Positions 40,331-51,074 of a stretch of 64,000 nt of DNA are shown here, piece after piece. How positions within the stretch are numbered: position 1 is the stretch's first letter; each line of letters opens with the position of its first letter. Made by a program: the position numbers and the translations under genes. Source of the DNA: an uncultured Acidobacteriota bacterium. GTDB lineage: Bacteria > Acidobacteriota > Thermoanaerobaculia > Multivoradales > SZUA-115. Below the pieces are notes generated by a model. It was not told the DNA's origin. It ran no database searches and saw nothing but the letters and a program-made list of their open reading frames with translations. The stretch spans positions 544,001 to 608,000 of the forward strand of contig CAWDVR010000001.1 in NCBI GenBank assembly GCA_963805975.1. Direction: 5' to 3'.

Positions 40331-41965
40331 ATGACCGTTCGACCCTTCACCCGGCTGGCTGCCGTGCCGGCCCTGGCGTTTCTCGCCTTGGCCTCGGCCG
40401 CCTGCCAGGGCGACCCGCCGGCGAGCTCGCCCCCACCACCCGCCTCGACCTCGAACCTCCAGCCGCTGCCGGCACCTTCCACCGGAGGCTTCGAGCCCGA
40501 GGTTCGCGAGCAGCTCGACCGCCTGCGTTCGCAGGTCGCTCTGCTCGAGACGGGGCGCGCCTCTGCGGCCGATCGGGCCGCCGGATACGGCGCGCTCGCC
40601 ATGCTCTACCATGCCTACGGGCTCGATGCCGCGGCCCGCGCCTGTTACCAGAACGCGCGCACCCTGGCTCCCACCGAGCCGCGCTGGCCTTACTACCTGG
40701 GACGGCTCGATCTGGCCGCCGGCCGCAATGCCGAGGCGGCAGAGGCATTCGAGGCCTCCTTGAAGCTCGAGCCGGGCGAAAAGCTGAGTCTCCTGGGTCT
40801 CGGTCAGGCGCGCCAGGCCGAGGGCGGGCTCGAGCAAGCGAGGAGCGCGTTCGAGTCGGCACGGGCCAGGGAGGCCGAGAGCGTTCTCGCACACTTCCAC
40901 CTGGGGCAGATCGCGGCCGAGCGCGGCGAGCTGCCGACGGCGATCCGGCACCTCGAAGCGGCGCTTGCCGCGCAGCCGGACGCCGAGCCCGTGCAGCGGG
41001 TGCTCGCGGGCGTCTACGGGCGGGCCGGGGACCGCCTGCGCGCCGCGGAGGTGAGCCGCAGGGGAGGCAAGGCGGCGCTCGCCTATGACGACCCGCGGAT
41101 GCTGGCCGTCGAGACGCTCGCCAAGAGTGGCCGCGCCCTGGTCGACCGCGGCGTGGCGGCGTTCGCCGAGGGTCGCTTCGCCGATGCCGAGGCGGCTTTC
41201 CGCCAGGCGGTGGCCAGCCTGCCCGACGACGCGGATGCGCACTTGAACCTCGGCTCGGCGCTCTTCGAGCAAAGGAAGCTCCCCGAGGCCGAGCAGGAGT
41301 ACCGCCGTACCCTGGAGCTCGATCCGGCCGCCACCCGCGCGCGCTTCAACCTCGGTACCCTGCTCGCCGCGAGCGGCAGGCGCGACAAGGCGATCCGGGA
41401 GTACGAAGCGGCGCTGCGCAGTGATCCCGGCCACGTCTCCGCGCACTTCAACCTGGCCAACTCGCTGCTCACGCTCGGCCGTTTCGCCGAAGCCGAGGGC
41501 CACTTCGCGGCGGTCGTGGAGCGGGAGCCGGCCCGGTCCTCCGCCCGCCTGGGCCTTGCGGTGAGCCGGTCCCGGCTCGGGCGCGACGCCGAGGCACGGC
41601 AGGCACTGGAGGAGGGCCTCGGTCTGCGGCCGGCTGACCGCGTGCTCACCGAGGGCTTGGTGCGGCTACTGGCCGCGAGCCCCGACCCGGCGGTTCGCGA
41701 CGGCGCGCGCGCGCTGGCGCTCGCCCGCCAGCTCATGGCCGCCCAGAGCCAGCTCGAGAGCGTCGAGGCCCTGGCCATGGCCCTGGCGGAGACCGGCGAC
41801 TTCGCGCAGGCGGCGCAGCTCCAGGCCAACGCTCTCGCCGCCGTCCGCAGCTCGAGCCGGCCGGAGCTGGTCGAGCCCGTGGAGCGCAACCTCGCCCTCT
41901 ACCGCGCCGGCAAGCCCTGCCGGGAACCCTGGCGGGGCGAGGACTTCGGGGGGACGTGGGAGTAG
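40331..41965 (+). CDS. TPR-repeat lipoprotein
   Basis: Lipobox ASAA-C; many TPRs (WPYYLG, AHLNLGSAL, ARFNLG, AHFNLAN). Confidence 0.85.
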   Translation: MTVRPFTRLAAVPALAFLALASAACQGDPPASSPPPPASTSNLQPLPAPSTGGFEPEVREQLDRLRSQVALLETGRASAADRAAGYGALAMLYHAYGLDAAARACYQNARTLAPTEPRWPYYLGRLDLAAGRNAEAAEAFEASLKLEPGEKLSLLGLGQARQAEGGLEQARSAFESARAREAESVLAHFHLGQIAAERGELPTAIRHLEAALAAQPDAEPVQRVLAGVYGRAGDRLRAAEVSRRGGKAALAYDDPRMLAVETLAKSGRALVDRGVAAFAEGRFADAEAAFRQAVASLPDDADAHLNLGSALFEQRKLPEAEQEYRRTLELDPAATRARFNLGTLLAASGRRDKAIREYEAALRSDPGHVSAHFNLANSLLTLGRFAEAEGHFAAVVEREPARSSARLGLAVSRSRLGRDAEARQALEEGLGLRPADRVLTEGLVRLLAASPDPAVRDGARALALARQLMAAQSQLESVEALAMALAETGDFAQAAQLQANALAAVRSSSRPELVEPVERNLALYRAGKPCREPWRGEDFGGTWE

Positions 41966-41978
41966 CCCGGCTGCAGGG

Positions 41979-43736
41979 TCATCGCACCCGGTGAGCGAAG
42001 GCCCCCGCCGCAATCCCCCGCCACCGCTCCTTCCGCCCATCCGGCCACCGGATCTCGATATTCAGCGTCGAGCCGTCGTTGCCGGCGCCCAACCCCACCA
42101 GCAGCCGCGGATCTCTCGCCGAGAGGTAGCTGCCGTCCGTGTGGACGCGGTGGTGGAGCGCCGGGCCCTTCCTACGGCTCACGGTGACGCGGGCCTGGAG
42201 CGCATCGCCGCCCGCGGCCGTGGCCAGGCTCACGCCGAGCCAGGGCAGGCGGTTGCCGAGCTGGTTCTCGAGAAGGCGCACCGGGCCGCCGTTGTTGGTC
42301 AGGATCACATCGGTGTCGCCGTCGTTGTCGAGATCGCCGAAGGCCGCGCCGCGGCCTACCTCGGAGAGCGCGAAGACCTCACCGCCACGAGCCGTGGTGT
42401 CCTCGAAGGTGCCGTTGCCCCGGCTGCGGAAGAGCTGCTTGACCTGGTGCAGCGGGAAAGGGTCGCCCCTGTCGGCCAGCGCCGGGATGTCGCGCACCGC
42501 GCCGTTGGTCACCAGCAGATCGAGCCAGCCGTCGTTGTCGTAGTCGAGCCATCCGGTGCCAAAGCCGGTGTAGGGAAAGCTCGGCGCTCCCAGAAGGGCA
42601 CCGCGGCGCGCATCGGCGAACGTGCCGTCGCCCTGGTTGACGAACAGGGCATGGGTCTCGCCCGTCAGGTGGGTGACGAAGAGATCCTCGTCGCCGTCGG
42701 CGTCGAAGTCGCCGGCGGCGACGCCCATCGAAGCCTCGACCGCGCCGGAGCCGCTCACCGCGCAGCCGGCGAGCGCCGCCTCGTCCTCGAACCGGCCGCC
42801 GCCCTGGTTGATCCAGAGCTGGTTGGGCGCGGCGTCGTTGGCGACGAAGAGGTCGAGGCGGCCGTCCTGGTCGAAGTCGGTGGCCACGGCGCCCAGGGCC
42901 GGACCGTCCGCGGCGGCGATGCCGGAGGCCAGGGTCGTGTCCTCGAAAGTGCCGTCGCCGCGGTTGCGGAGCAGCCGGTCGGGCACCGGGTGGAAGCTCA
43001 TGGGGCCGCAGTAGTCCACGGCTCCCGACGCGCCGCGGCAGAGGCGGTGGTTGTCGAAGGTGAAGTCCACGTAGTTGGCGATGAAGAGATCGAGCCGGCC
43101 GTCCTGGTCGTAGTCGAAGAAGGTGGCGGAAGCCGAGAAGCGGCTGTCGCCGGCCCCGGAGCGCGCCGTGGCGTCCTCGAAGGTGCCGTCACCGCGGTTT
43201 CTCCAGAGCTGGTTGGCGCCGAAGCGGGTGACGTAGAGGTCCACGTGGCCGTCGGCGTCGTAGTCCCCCGTCGCCGCTCCCATGCCGTAGCCGCTGGAAT
43301 CGAGCCGGCTCGACGCGGTGACGTCCACGAACCGCGGCTCGAGGCGGCCTATGGCCGAGAGCGTCAGGTCGTTGCGATACAGGCGATCCCGCAGGGGTGT
43401 CATGCCGGGCGCCGGCGGCGCCAGCGCATCCGCGAGGGACTTGCCCGGCCCGAGCAGCGCGCCTTGCATCAGGAAGAGGTCGAGATCGCCGTCGCCGTCG
43501 AAGTCGAAGAGCGCCGCGCCGGCCCCCATCACCTCCACAATGTAGCGCTCCCCCGAACGGCCGTTGAAATGGACGAAGTCGAGCCCGAGCTCGCGGGCGC
43601 GCTCGGTGAAGACCTCGCCGGAAGCGGTCGGGCTGACCTGCGCGGTGGTTGGATCAGGTTGCTCCGGAGGGCCGCAGGCGACAAGACTGGCCGCCAGGGA
43701 GCATGGGAGCGCGAAGCAGGTCAGCGGAGAGCTCAC
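41979..43736 (-). CDS. CRTAC1-family FG-GAP/ASPIC-UnbV lipoprotein
   Basis: LVA-C lipobox; repeated D(F/Y)DxDGxxDL; ASPIC-type GSYLS..GLG...IRWPDG; GTGA overlap. Confidence 0.9.
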   Translation of the reverse strand: MSSPLTCFALPCSLAASLVACGPPEQPDPTTAQVSPTASGEVFTERARELGLDFVHFNGRSGERYIVEVMGAGAALFDFDGDGDLDLFLMQGALLGPGKSLADALAPPAPGMTPLRDRLYRNDLTLSAIGRLEPRFVDVTASSRLDSSGYGMGAATGDYDADGHVDLYVTRFGANQLWRNRGDGTFEDATARSGAGDSRFSASATFFDYDQDGRLDLFIANYVDFTFDNHRLCRGASGAVDYCGPMSFHPVPDRLLRNRGDGTFEDTTLASGIAAADGPALGAVATDFDQDGRLDLFVANDAAPNQLWINQGGGRFEDEAALAGCAVSGSGAVEASMGVAAGDFDADGDEDLFVTHLTGETHALFVNQGDGTFADARRGALLGAPSFPYTGFGTGWLDYDNDGWLDLLVTNGAVRDIPALADRGDPFPLHQVKQLFRSRGNGTFEDTTARGGEVFALSEVGRGAAFGDLDNDGDTDVILTNNGGPVRLLENQLGNRLPWLGVSLATAAGGDALQARVTVSRRKGPALHHRVHTDGSYLSARDPRLLVGLGAGNDGSTLNIEIRWPDGRKERWRGIAAGAFAHRVR

Positions 43737-45433
43737 GGCGCGAGGTCCGCGAGCATGCGCTGGAGGTGGGAGTGAGAAGGGTGGCGGGAGACGGCCCTGC
43801 GCAGCACCTCCCGGGCTTCCTCGATCCGCCCCGCGCCGCGCAGCAGCACCGCCGCGTTGCGGGCCGCGTCGGCTGGATAGGGCGGCGCCTCGGCGGTGGC
43901 GAGGAAGACGGCGAGGGCCTCGTCGCCCCGGCCGACCTCGGCCAGGCAGGAGCCGTAGTTCACCCGCGTGAGCGCCTTCTCCTGGACATAGCCTGGACGG
44001 CCGGCGAAGGCGGCGAGGGCTTGCTCGTAGTAGGGCAGCGCCCGCGCCGCGTCCCGGTGCCGGGTGTGGAACAGCACCGCCAGGCCGTGGTAGCCGAAGG
44101 GCGCGAGAGGGTCGGCAGCGATCGAGCCCTCCAGCAGGGCCTGCGCCTCGTCGATCCGCCCTTCCTCCAGGGCGTGCGCGGCCAGCCAGTCGAAGGCGGC
44201 CGGGTTGCCGGGATCGACCGCCGCCACCCGCTGCCAGAGCGCCACGTCGCTCGCCCAGAAGCGGTCGTGGTAGAGGTTGCTCGCGGCCCACACGGCGAGA
44301 AGACCGGCCGCGAGCCCCCAGCGCAGGCGCCGCGCGCGCACCTTCTCCACCAGCAGCCAGGCGGCGACGAGGCAGAGCCCGAGCACCGCCAGGTAGAGAT
44401 AGCGCTGGTGCACCAGGTAGGTGGGGCGAAAGCCGCGCACGTTCCCGGCCGGCGCCAGGCAGAACAGGCACCAGAGCGCGCCGAAGCCCACCACGCGCGC
44501 TCGGCGGGCGGCGAGCGCCACCGTGGCCAGCACCACGACCCAGACGAGCACCGATCCCCAGGCCGCGGCCGAGCCCCAGCCTTCCACGTAGCGCACCGGG
44601 TAGCTGGGCGAGAGATGCAAAGGCCAGAAGAGGAACCGCAGGTACTCGAGCCCGAGCCGCGGCAGGGTGGGCAGTACCTCTGCCCAGCTGGGCCCGGGAT
44701 AGACGCCGAGCAGGCTGGTGAGCACCAGCTTGCGGGCCGCAAAGTAGACGACGGTTACCCCGAGGTAGGGCAGGAGCCCGCGGACGCGCCGGGCGAGCGG
44801 GCGCTGGGGGGCCAGCCAGTGCTCGGTGAGCGGCACCAGCGCGAGGAGCGAGAGCGCGGCCTCCTTGAAGCCGAGCGACAGCAGGAAGAGGAGCGCGCCG
44901 GCCGCGAGGCACCGTCTCCCGCCACCCTCGAGCCAGCGGATGTGCGCCACCAGGGCGAGGAGCATCAGCGCCGAGGCGGGCGGATCGTTGAACGCCGTCG
45001 CCACCCAGGCCACGGACTCGCCGTGCGCCGGGTGCACGGCGAAGAGCAGGGCGCCGAGGAGAGCCACCTCGTCACCCAGGCGCAGCCGGCGCAGGAAGGC
45101 GAGCGCCGCGAGGCACGCGGCGAGGTGCAGGGCCACGGCCACGGCGTGCCAGACGACGGCGCTCGGACCGAAGAGCTGGTAGAGCAGCAGGTAGAAAGTG
45201 AAGAACAGGGGCCGGTAGTAGTTCGAGCGCTGGTCCTCCGCGCGGGTCAGCGACAGCACGTCCCGCTGCCAGAAAGACGGCAGGCTCGACCAGCTCCTGA
45301 GGTTCGGGTTGTTGACCACCTGCTCGTGGTCGTCCCAGACGAAGCCGTGCGCGAGGGTCGGCGCGTAGACGGCGAGCACCAGGACGGCGATCGCCGCCAC
45401 CTCGAGCCAGAGCCGGCGCCGGGACTCAGACAT
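43733..45433 (-). CDS. Second TMTC-like glycosyltransferase with TPR tail
   Basis: FVWDD, NYYRP, LFAVHPAHGESVAWV, FKE, QRYLYL; paralogous to 37635-39524. Confidence 0.82.
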   Translation of the reverse strand: MSESRRRLWLEVAAIAVLVLAVYAPTLAHGFVWDDHEQVVNNPNLRSWSSLPSFWQRDVLSLTRAEDQRSNYYRPLFFTFYLLLYQLFGPSAVVWHAVAVALHLAACLAALAFLRRLRLGDEVALLGALLFAVHPAHGESVAWVATAFNDPPASALMLLALVAHIRWLEGGGRRCLAAGALLFLLSLGFKEAALSLLALVPLTEHWLAPQRPLARRVRGLLPYLGVTVVYFAARKLVLTSLLGVYPGPSWAEVLPTLPRLGLEYLRFLFWPLHLSPSYPVRYVEGWGSAAAWGSVLVWVVVLATVALAARRARVVGFGALWCLFCLAPAGNVRGFRPTYLVHQRYLYLAVLGLCLVAAWLLVEKVRARRLRWGLAAGLLAVWAASNLYHDRFWASDVALWQRVAAVDPGNPAAFDWLAAHALEEGRIDEAQALLEGSIAADPLAPFGYHGLAVLFHTRHRDAARALPYYEQALAAFAGRPGYVQEKALTRVNYGSCLAEVGRGDEALAVFLATAEAPPYPADAARNAAVLLRGAGRIEEAREVLRRAVSRHPSHSHLQRMLADLAP

Positions 45434-46709
45434 CGAGGTGCTTCTGCACTTCGCGGTCGCGGCTCACCCGCCAGATCTTCGAGTCGAGGTAGTAGTGCTG
45501 CATGGCGAAGCCGAGAAGCAGGGCGGCGAAGAGCTGCTCGCCCAGGCCGAGGGCGGCGGGGTCGCGCACGCCGGCCATCATGCCCAGCGAGTTGAGCAGG
45601 AGCTGGTCCAGCTCCAGGCCGGTCCAGGACCTGAGCCAGCCGATCCACGGCCCACGGTAGAAGCCGAAGGTGAAGACCAGCCCCACCAGCGCGTAGACCG
45701 GCACGCTGCGAAAGAAGAGCTGTGCCCAGCGGTGGCGTGGTTCCTGGCTCGCCCCGTACTTGCGCCTGCCATAGGCGTAGACGATGGCGTGGTACTGGAT
45801 GTTGTGGCCGACAGTGACCAGGGGCACCAGGAACGCCGCCATCAGCGGATGGCTGAAGGCCACGAAGTGGAGAGGCAGGAGCGGCGCCAGGTAGAGCAGC
45901 TTGCTGGCGTTGACCCCCCGGCCGGCCAGAGCCAGCCGCGCCTGGTAGCCGAGATAGAAGAGCAGCGCGCCGAGATAGGCGGCCCAGGCCACCGGGTGGA
46001 GCAGGGCGGCGACGCTCCAGCCGGCGACCAGCGGCCGGTCGAGCCCGAGGTCCGGCATGCCCGGCGTGCGGCGGAAGTAGTGGCTGGTCATGAACAGCAC
46101 CAGCGGCATGTACATGGCGAGGTTGAAGAACCAGCGATCGACGCGCGGGTCCCCGGTGTCGCCGGCTTTGCGCTGGTAGAGGCTGACGAAGCCCCAGTGC
46201 TGGCGCACCACGTGGTAGTAGGCCCACAGCCGAAAGCCGGTGAAGAAGGCCAGCGCCCCGCCCGCGAGCATGGCCGGAGGCAGCGGCCGGCCGATCCTTC
46301 CGAGATAGGCGCCCGCGGCGTAGGGCAGCAGGATCACCAGCGGCCCGACGAGGAACCAGAGGAAGGAGAAGCGCAGCACCCTGCCGCGGTTCTGCCACTC
46401 GTCCGGGTCGGCGAGCGTGCGGCCGAGCGTCGCCCAGACGTGCGGCGCATCGAGGAGGAAGGCCCAGCTCGCCACCACCAGGAGCTCCAGGGTGAGCGGG
46501 ACCTCGAGGCCACCCAGAGCCAGGGTGGCGAGCGGATCGTGCAGAGGATCGGCCAGGGTGGCGATGGCGTAGAAGATGACGCCGACATAGAGCCACCCGG
46601 CGAGGGCCGAGCCGATGTAGAAGCCCAGGTCCCGCCGGCGGTCGAGGAGCCAGACGAAGCGCGAGCCGCTGCCGGCGGCGGTCCTGGCCTCTGCTGCAGC
46701 GATGCTCAT
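45426..46709 (-). CDS. Polytopic membrane protein with four His-containing motifs
   Basis: DAPHVWAT, YYHVVRQHWGF, VGHNIQYH, MQHYYLD; overlaps the start of the next gene. Confidence 0.75.
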   Translation of the reverse strand: MSIAAAEARTAAGSGSRFVWLLDRRRDLGFYIGSALAGWLYVGVIFYAIATLADPLHDPLATLALGGLEVPLTLELLVVASWAFLLDAPHVWATLGRTLADPDEWQNRGRVLRFSFLWFLVGPLVILLPYAAGAYLGRIGRPLPPAMLAGGALAFFTGFRLWAYYHVVRQHWGFVSLYQRKAGDTGDPRVDRWFFNLAMYMPLVLFMTSHYFRRTPGMPDLGLDRPLVAGWSVAALLHPVAWAAYLGALLFYLGYQARLALAGRGVNASKLLYLAPLLPLHFVAFSHPLMAAFLVPLVTVGHNIQYHAIVYAYGRRKYGASQEPRHRWAQLFFRSVPVYALVGLVFTFGFYRGPWIGWLRSWTGLELDQLLLNSLGMMAGVRDPAALGLGEQLFAALLLGFAMQHYYLDSKIWRVSRDREVQKHLDV

Positions 46710-46756
46710 GGCGAGAGTGGGAAGTCGCAAGCAGTATAGCGAAGGGGCTGGAGAGC

Positions 46757-46884
46757 CGGATGGATTCCCGCTTCCGCGGGAATGACTGCGGCAAACCTGC
46801 ATCACGCACCGCCTATCATTCCCGCTACACGGGGCAGCTCCCCACAGCGTATCTGTCATTCCCGCGCAAGCGGGAATCCATCCG
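46757..46884. repeat. Inverted REP doublet of the GTCATTCCCGCG..GCGGGAATCC (dRS3-like) family
   Basis: 30-bp arms at 46757-46786 and 46855-46884 with one mismatch; decayed third copy in the spacer. Confidence 0.88.
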
Positions 46885-46955
46885 CTGCCGGCGCCGACGC
46901 TCACGGCTGCCTTCCGCCACCGGGATAGAATCTCGCCTGGTAGCGAGGAGAACGG

Positions 46956-48143
46956 ATGCCGAAAGTCACGCGACGCAGCTTCCTGGCCGGATCGGCCGCC
47001 GCCCTGGCGTGCTCGTCCGGGCTCGACAGGCTCTGGGCCGAGACCGACCTCGAGCTCGAGCCCCGGCCACGGATGCACCCGTCGAAGCGTGGCAACCGTG
47101 TCGCCGTGCTGCCTTTCGCCGACGAGCCCGAGGTGGCGCTGGGCGTCGTGCTCGGGCAGGGCCTCTCCGGCCGCCGGCTGCTCGACCTCTCGACGGTCGA
47201 GGACGGCGCGCTGGTGACGCCGACCGACCGCTACTACATCCGCACCCGCACGCCGGACTACCTGCCGTCGCCCGAGTCCTGGCGGCTTGCCGTACGCACG
47301 CTGACCGGCACGCCCCTCGATCTGCCGATGAGGGACCTCGAAGCGATGGCCGAGCCGCAGGGCGTCCACCTCTGCGAGAGCACCGACAACGGCTTGGACG
47401 TGCGCTTCGGCATGATGAGCGCCGCGGAGTGGAAGGGGATCCCGCTCGGCAAGCTCCTCGCGCGCTACGGCACCCCGGCGGAGGGAGAGTGGCTGGTGCT
47501 GGTCGAGGGCTTCGACCGCTTCGCGAGCAAGGGGGTCGAGAAGAGCGCCGGCGCGAGCTGGGTCTTCACGCCGCACGACCTCGAGTCGACCGGCGCCTTC
47601 CTCGCCACCGAGATGAACGGCGCACCGCTCCTGCCCGACCTCGGCGCGCCCGCGCGCCTGGTGGTGCCGGGCTGGTATGGCTGCACCTGGATCAAGTGGG
47701 TGCACAGCGTGGTGATGGTGCCCGCGCACACCACGTCCACGCCGCACATGCGGGAATACGCCGGCCGTACGCGCCAGGCCGGCCGGCCGCGCCTCGCCAA
47801 GGACTATGCGCCGGCGGTGATCGATCCCGCGGCGCTGCCGGTGAGGATCGAGCGCTGGCGCTGGCGGGGCTACTACTACTACCGGATCTGTGGCGTGGCC
47901 TGGGGGGGCGCCGCTCCGGTCGAGTCGGTGCTCATCCGGCTCGATCCGAGAGCGCCGTTCGAGCCCGTGGACTGGTTCCCGCCGCCCCAGTCGGCCGCCA
48001 CCTGGAGCCTGTGGAGCCACGACTGGTGCCCGCCGCAGCCGGGCCGCTACCGCATCGATCTGGCGGTGGGCGGCTCCCGCCTGCGGACCCGGCGCCTGGC
48101 GGACGGACACTATCTGCGCCAGGTCGACATCGAGGAGATCTGA
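46956..48143 (+). CDS. Tat-exported sulfite-oxidase-family molybdopterin protein
   Basis: TRRSFL Tat motif; YYIRT, WKGIPL, LATEMNGAPL..GAPARLVVPGWYG..WIKWV; C-terminal dimerisation-like domain. Confidence 0.85.
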   Translation: MPKVTRRSFLAGSAAALACSSGLDRLWAETDLELEPRPRMHPSKRGNRVAVLPFADEPEVALGVVLGQGLSGRRLLDLSTVEDGALVTPTDRYYIRTRTPDYLPSPESWRLAVRTLTGTPLDLPMRDLEAMAEPQGVHLCESTDNGLDVRFGMMSAAEWKGIPLGKLLARYGTPAEGEWLVLVEGFDRFASKGVEKSAGASWVFTPHDLESTGAFLATEMNGAPLLPDLGAPARLVVPGWYGCTWIKWVHSVVMVPAHTTSTPHMREYAGRTRQAGRPRLAKDYAPAVIDPAALPVRIERWRWRGYYYYRICGVAWGGAAPVESVLIRLDPRAPFEPVDWFPPPQSAATWSLWSHDWCPPQPGRYRIDLAVGGSRLRTRRLADGHYLRQVDIEEI

Positions 48144-48148
48144 CGCCC

Positions 48149-49285
48149 ATGCGCCGCACCTGGCCTCTTGCCTTCGTCCTGCTGCCGCTCGTCGCCCTGG
48201 CGCAGGCCGCCGGCCACCGCACCCTCGGCCACTACGCCGCCGGCGGCGCCCGAGCCCGGCCTCACCTTCGAGGAGTACGAGCCGCGCTCCAGCCTGGTGG
48301 TGCCCGCGCACGAGGTGCGGCGGGCGCGCTATCCGTTCATCGACGTCCACAATCACCAGCGCGGCACGACGATGACCGCCGAGGACGCCGCCAAGCTGGT
48401 CGCCGCCATGGACGAGCTCAACATGGCGGTGATGGTCAACCTCTCGGGCGGTCGGGGCGACGACCTCGACAAGATCGTCGCCAACATGAAGGGGCGCCAC
48501 CCGGAGCGCTTCGTGATCTTCGCCAACGTGGACTTCGCCGGCATCGACGAGCCGGGCTGGGGCGAGCGCGCCGCGGCGCAGCTCGAGCGCGACGTCAAGA
48601 TGGGGGGCGCCCAGGGGCTCAAGATCTTCAAGAACCTGGGAATGTTCGTCAAGGACGCGAGCGGCAGGATCGTCCCGGCCGACGACCCGCGCATCGACCC
48701 GGTGTGGGCGAAGGCCGGCGAGCTGGGCATTCCGGTGCTCATCCACACCGGCGAGCCGAAGCCGTTCTTCGATCCCTACGACCGCTTCAACGAGCGCTGG
48801 CTGGAGCTCAAGGAGTTCCCCAACCGGCGCCGCCCGCCGGCGGAGTTCGGCACCTTCGAAGAAGTGATGGGCGAGCAGCACAACCTCTTCCGCAAGCACC
48901 CGCGGACGACCTTCATCAACGCCCACCTCGGCTGGCTGGGCAACGACCTCGGCCGCCTGGGCAAGCTGATGGACGAGCTGCCGAACATGATGACCGAGAT
49001 CGGCGCCGTGCTGGCCGAGATCGGCCGCCAGCCGCGGGCGGCGCGGGAGTTCATGATTCGCTACCAGGACCGCGTGCTCTTCGGCAAGGACATCTGGGCG
49101 CCGGAGGAGTACTGGGTCTATTTCCGGGTGCTCGAGACCGCGGACGAGTACTTCGACTACTACCGCCGCCGCCACGCTTTCTGGCAGATCTACGGCCTCG
49201 ACCTGCCGGACGAGGTGCTCAAGAAGCTCTACTACAAGAACGCCCTGCGCATCATCCCCGGCATCGACCCCTCGCGCTTCCCGCC

Positions 49286-49289
<4 letters not shown>
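48149..49289 (+). CDS. Secreted amidohydrolase (Amidohydro_2); signal peptide offset by a +1 frameshift near 48205
   Basis: IDVHNH, GLKIFK, LIHTGEP, NAHLG, LFGKD; the ATG 48149 frame gives a clean signal peptide. Confidence 0.85.
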
Positions 49290-50296
<1,007 letters not shown>

Positions 50297-50302
50297 CTTT
50301 CA

Positions 50303-50989
50303 ATGGATCGACGAAGAATCTCGCGCTGGATGCGCCGGTTCACGGTGCGCTTCTGGCGGCCGGGCGAGGACAGGCCGAGCCTCGGGCACACCGTCAATCT
50401 CTCCCCCCGGGGCCTGTTCATCGGCACCAACCGGCCGCCGAAGAGCGGCGAGCGGGTGCGGGTGGAAGTCGTGGACCCGCAGAAGGGCTTCGTGGTCGAG
50501 GGCGTGGTCGCCCACTCCCACCAGGTGGCACCCGAGCTCCAGCGCATCCGGGAAGGGGGCATGGGAGTACGGCTCCTGTCGAGCGAGGAGCTGATCCGTG
50601 CGCTGGTGGCCACCCCGGCGCGGGAGGCCGCCACCCCGCAGCCGCCCTCCGAGGCGCCGGCGCCGCCCGTTCCGGCGGCGGGCTTCACCGTGTGCTTCGA
50701 GACCGAGGAGCAGTTCCTCACCGCCCTGCGCCGGGACATCCAGCACGGGGGCCTTTTCGTGCCCACCCGCAAGCCTGCGCCCCTCGACCAGCTCGTGACC
50801 CTGGATCTCGAGCTCCGAGGGGGCGGGGGTTGGGTCGAGCGGGTGGTGGCCCGCGTCGTCCAGCGCTACGACCCGGAGCACTCCGGGGTCGATCGGGCCG
50901 GCCGGGGCCCGGGCATGGGCGTCGAGCTGGTCGAGGGCGACGCTGTCATGGCCCGGCTGCGACGGCGGGCACAGGGTCTCTCCCGCTAG
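50303..50989 (+). CDS. Tandem PilZ-domain protein
   Basis: RRISR...NLSPRGLFI and DIQHGGLFV...GMGV in two domains. Confidence 0.8.
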   Translation: MDRRRISRWMRRFTVRFWRPGEDRPSLGHTVNLSPRGLFIGTNRPPKSGERVRVEVVDPQKGFVVEGVVAHSHQVAPELQRIREGGMGVRLLSSEELIRALVATPAREAATPQPPSEAPAPPVPAAGFTVCFETEEQFLTALRRDIQHGGLFVPTRKPAPLDQLVTLDLELRGGGGWVERVVARVVQRYDPEHSGVDRAGRGPGMGVELVEGDAVMARLRRRAQGLSR

Positions 50990-51074
50990 CCGGCCGCGGT
51001 ATCATCGGTTTTCGAGCAGGGTAGGGGAACCGAACCCCGTCGCGCTTGGCGCGGCGGCAGAAAGGAGATTCAGT

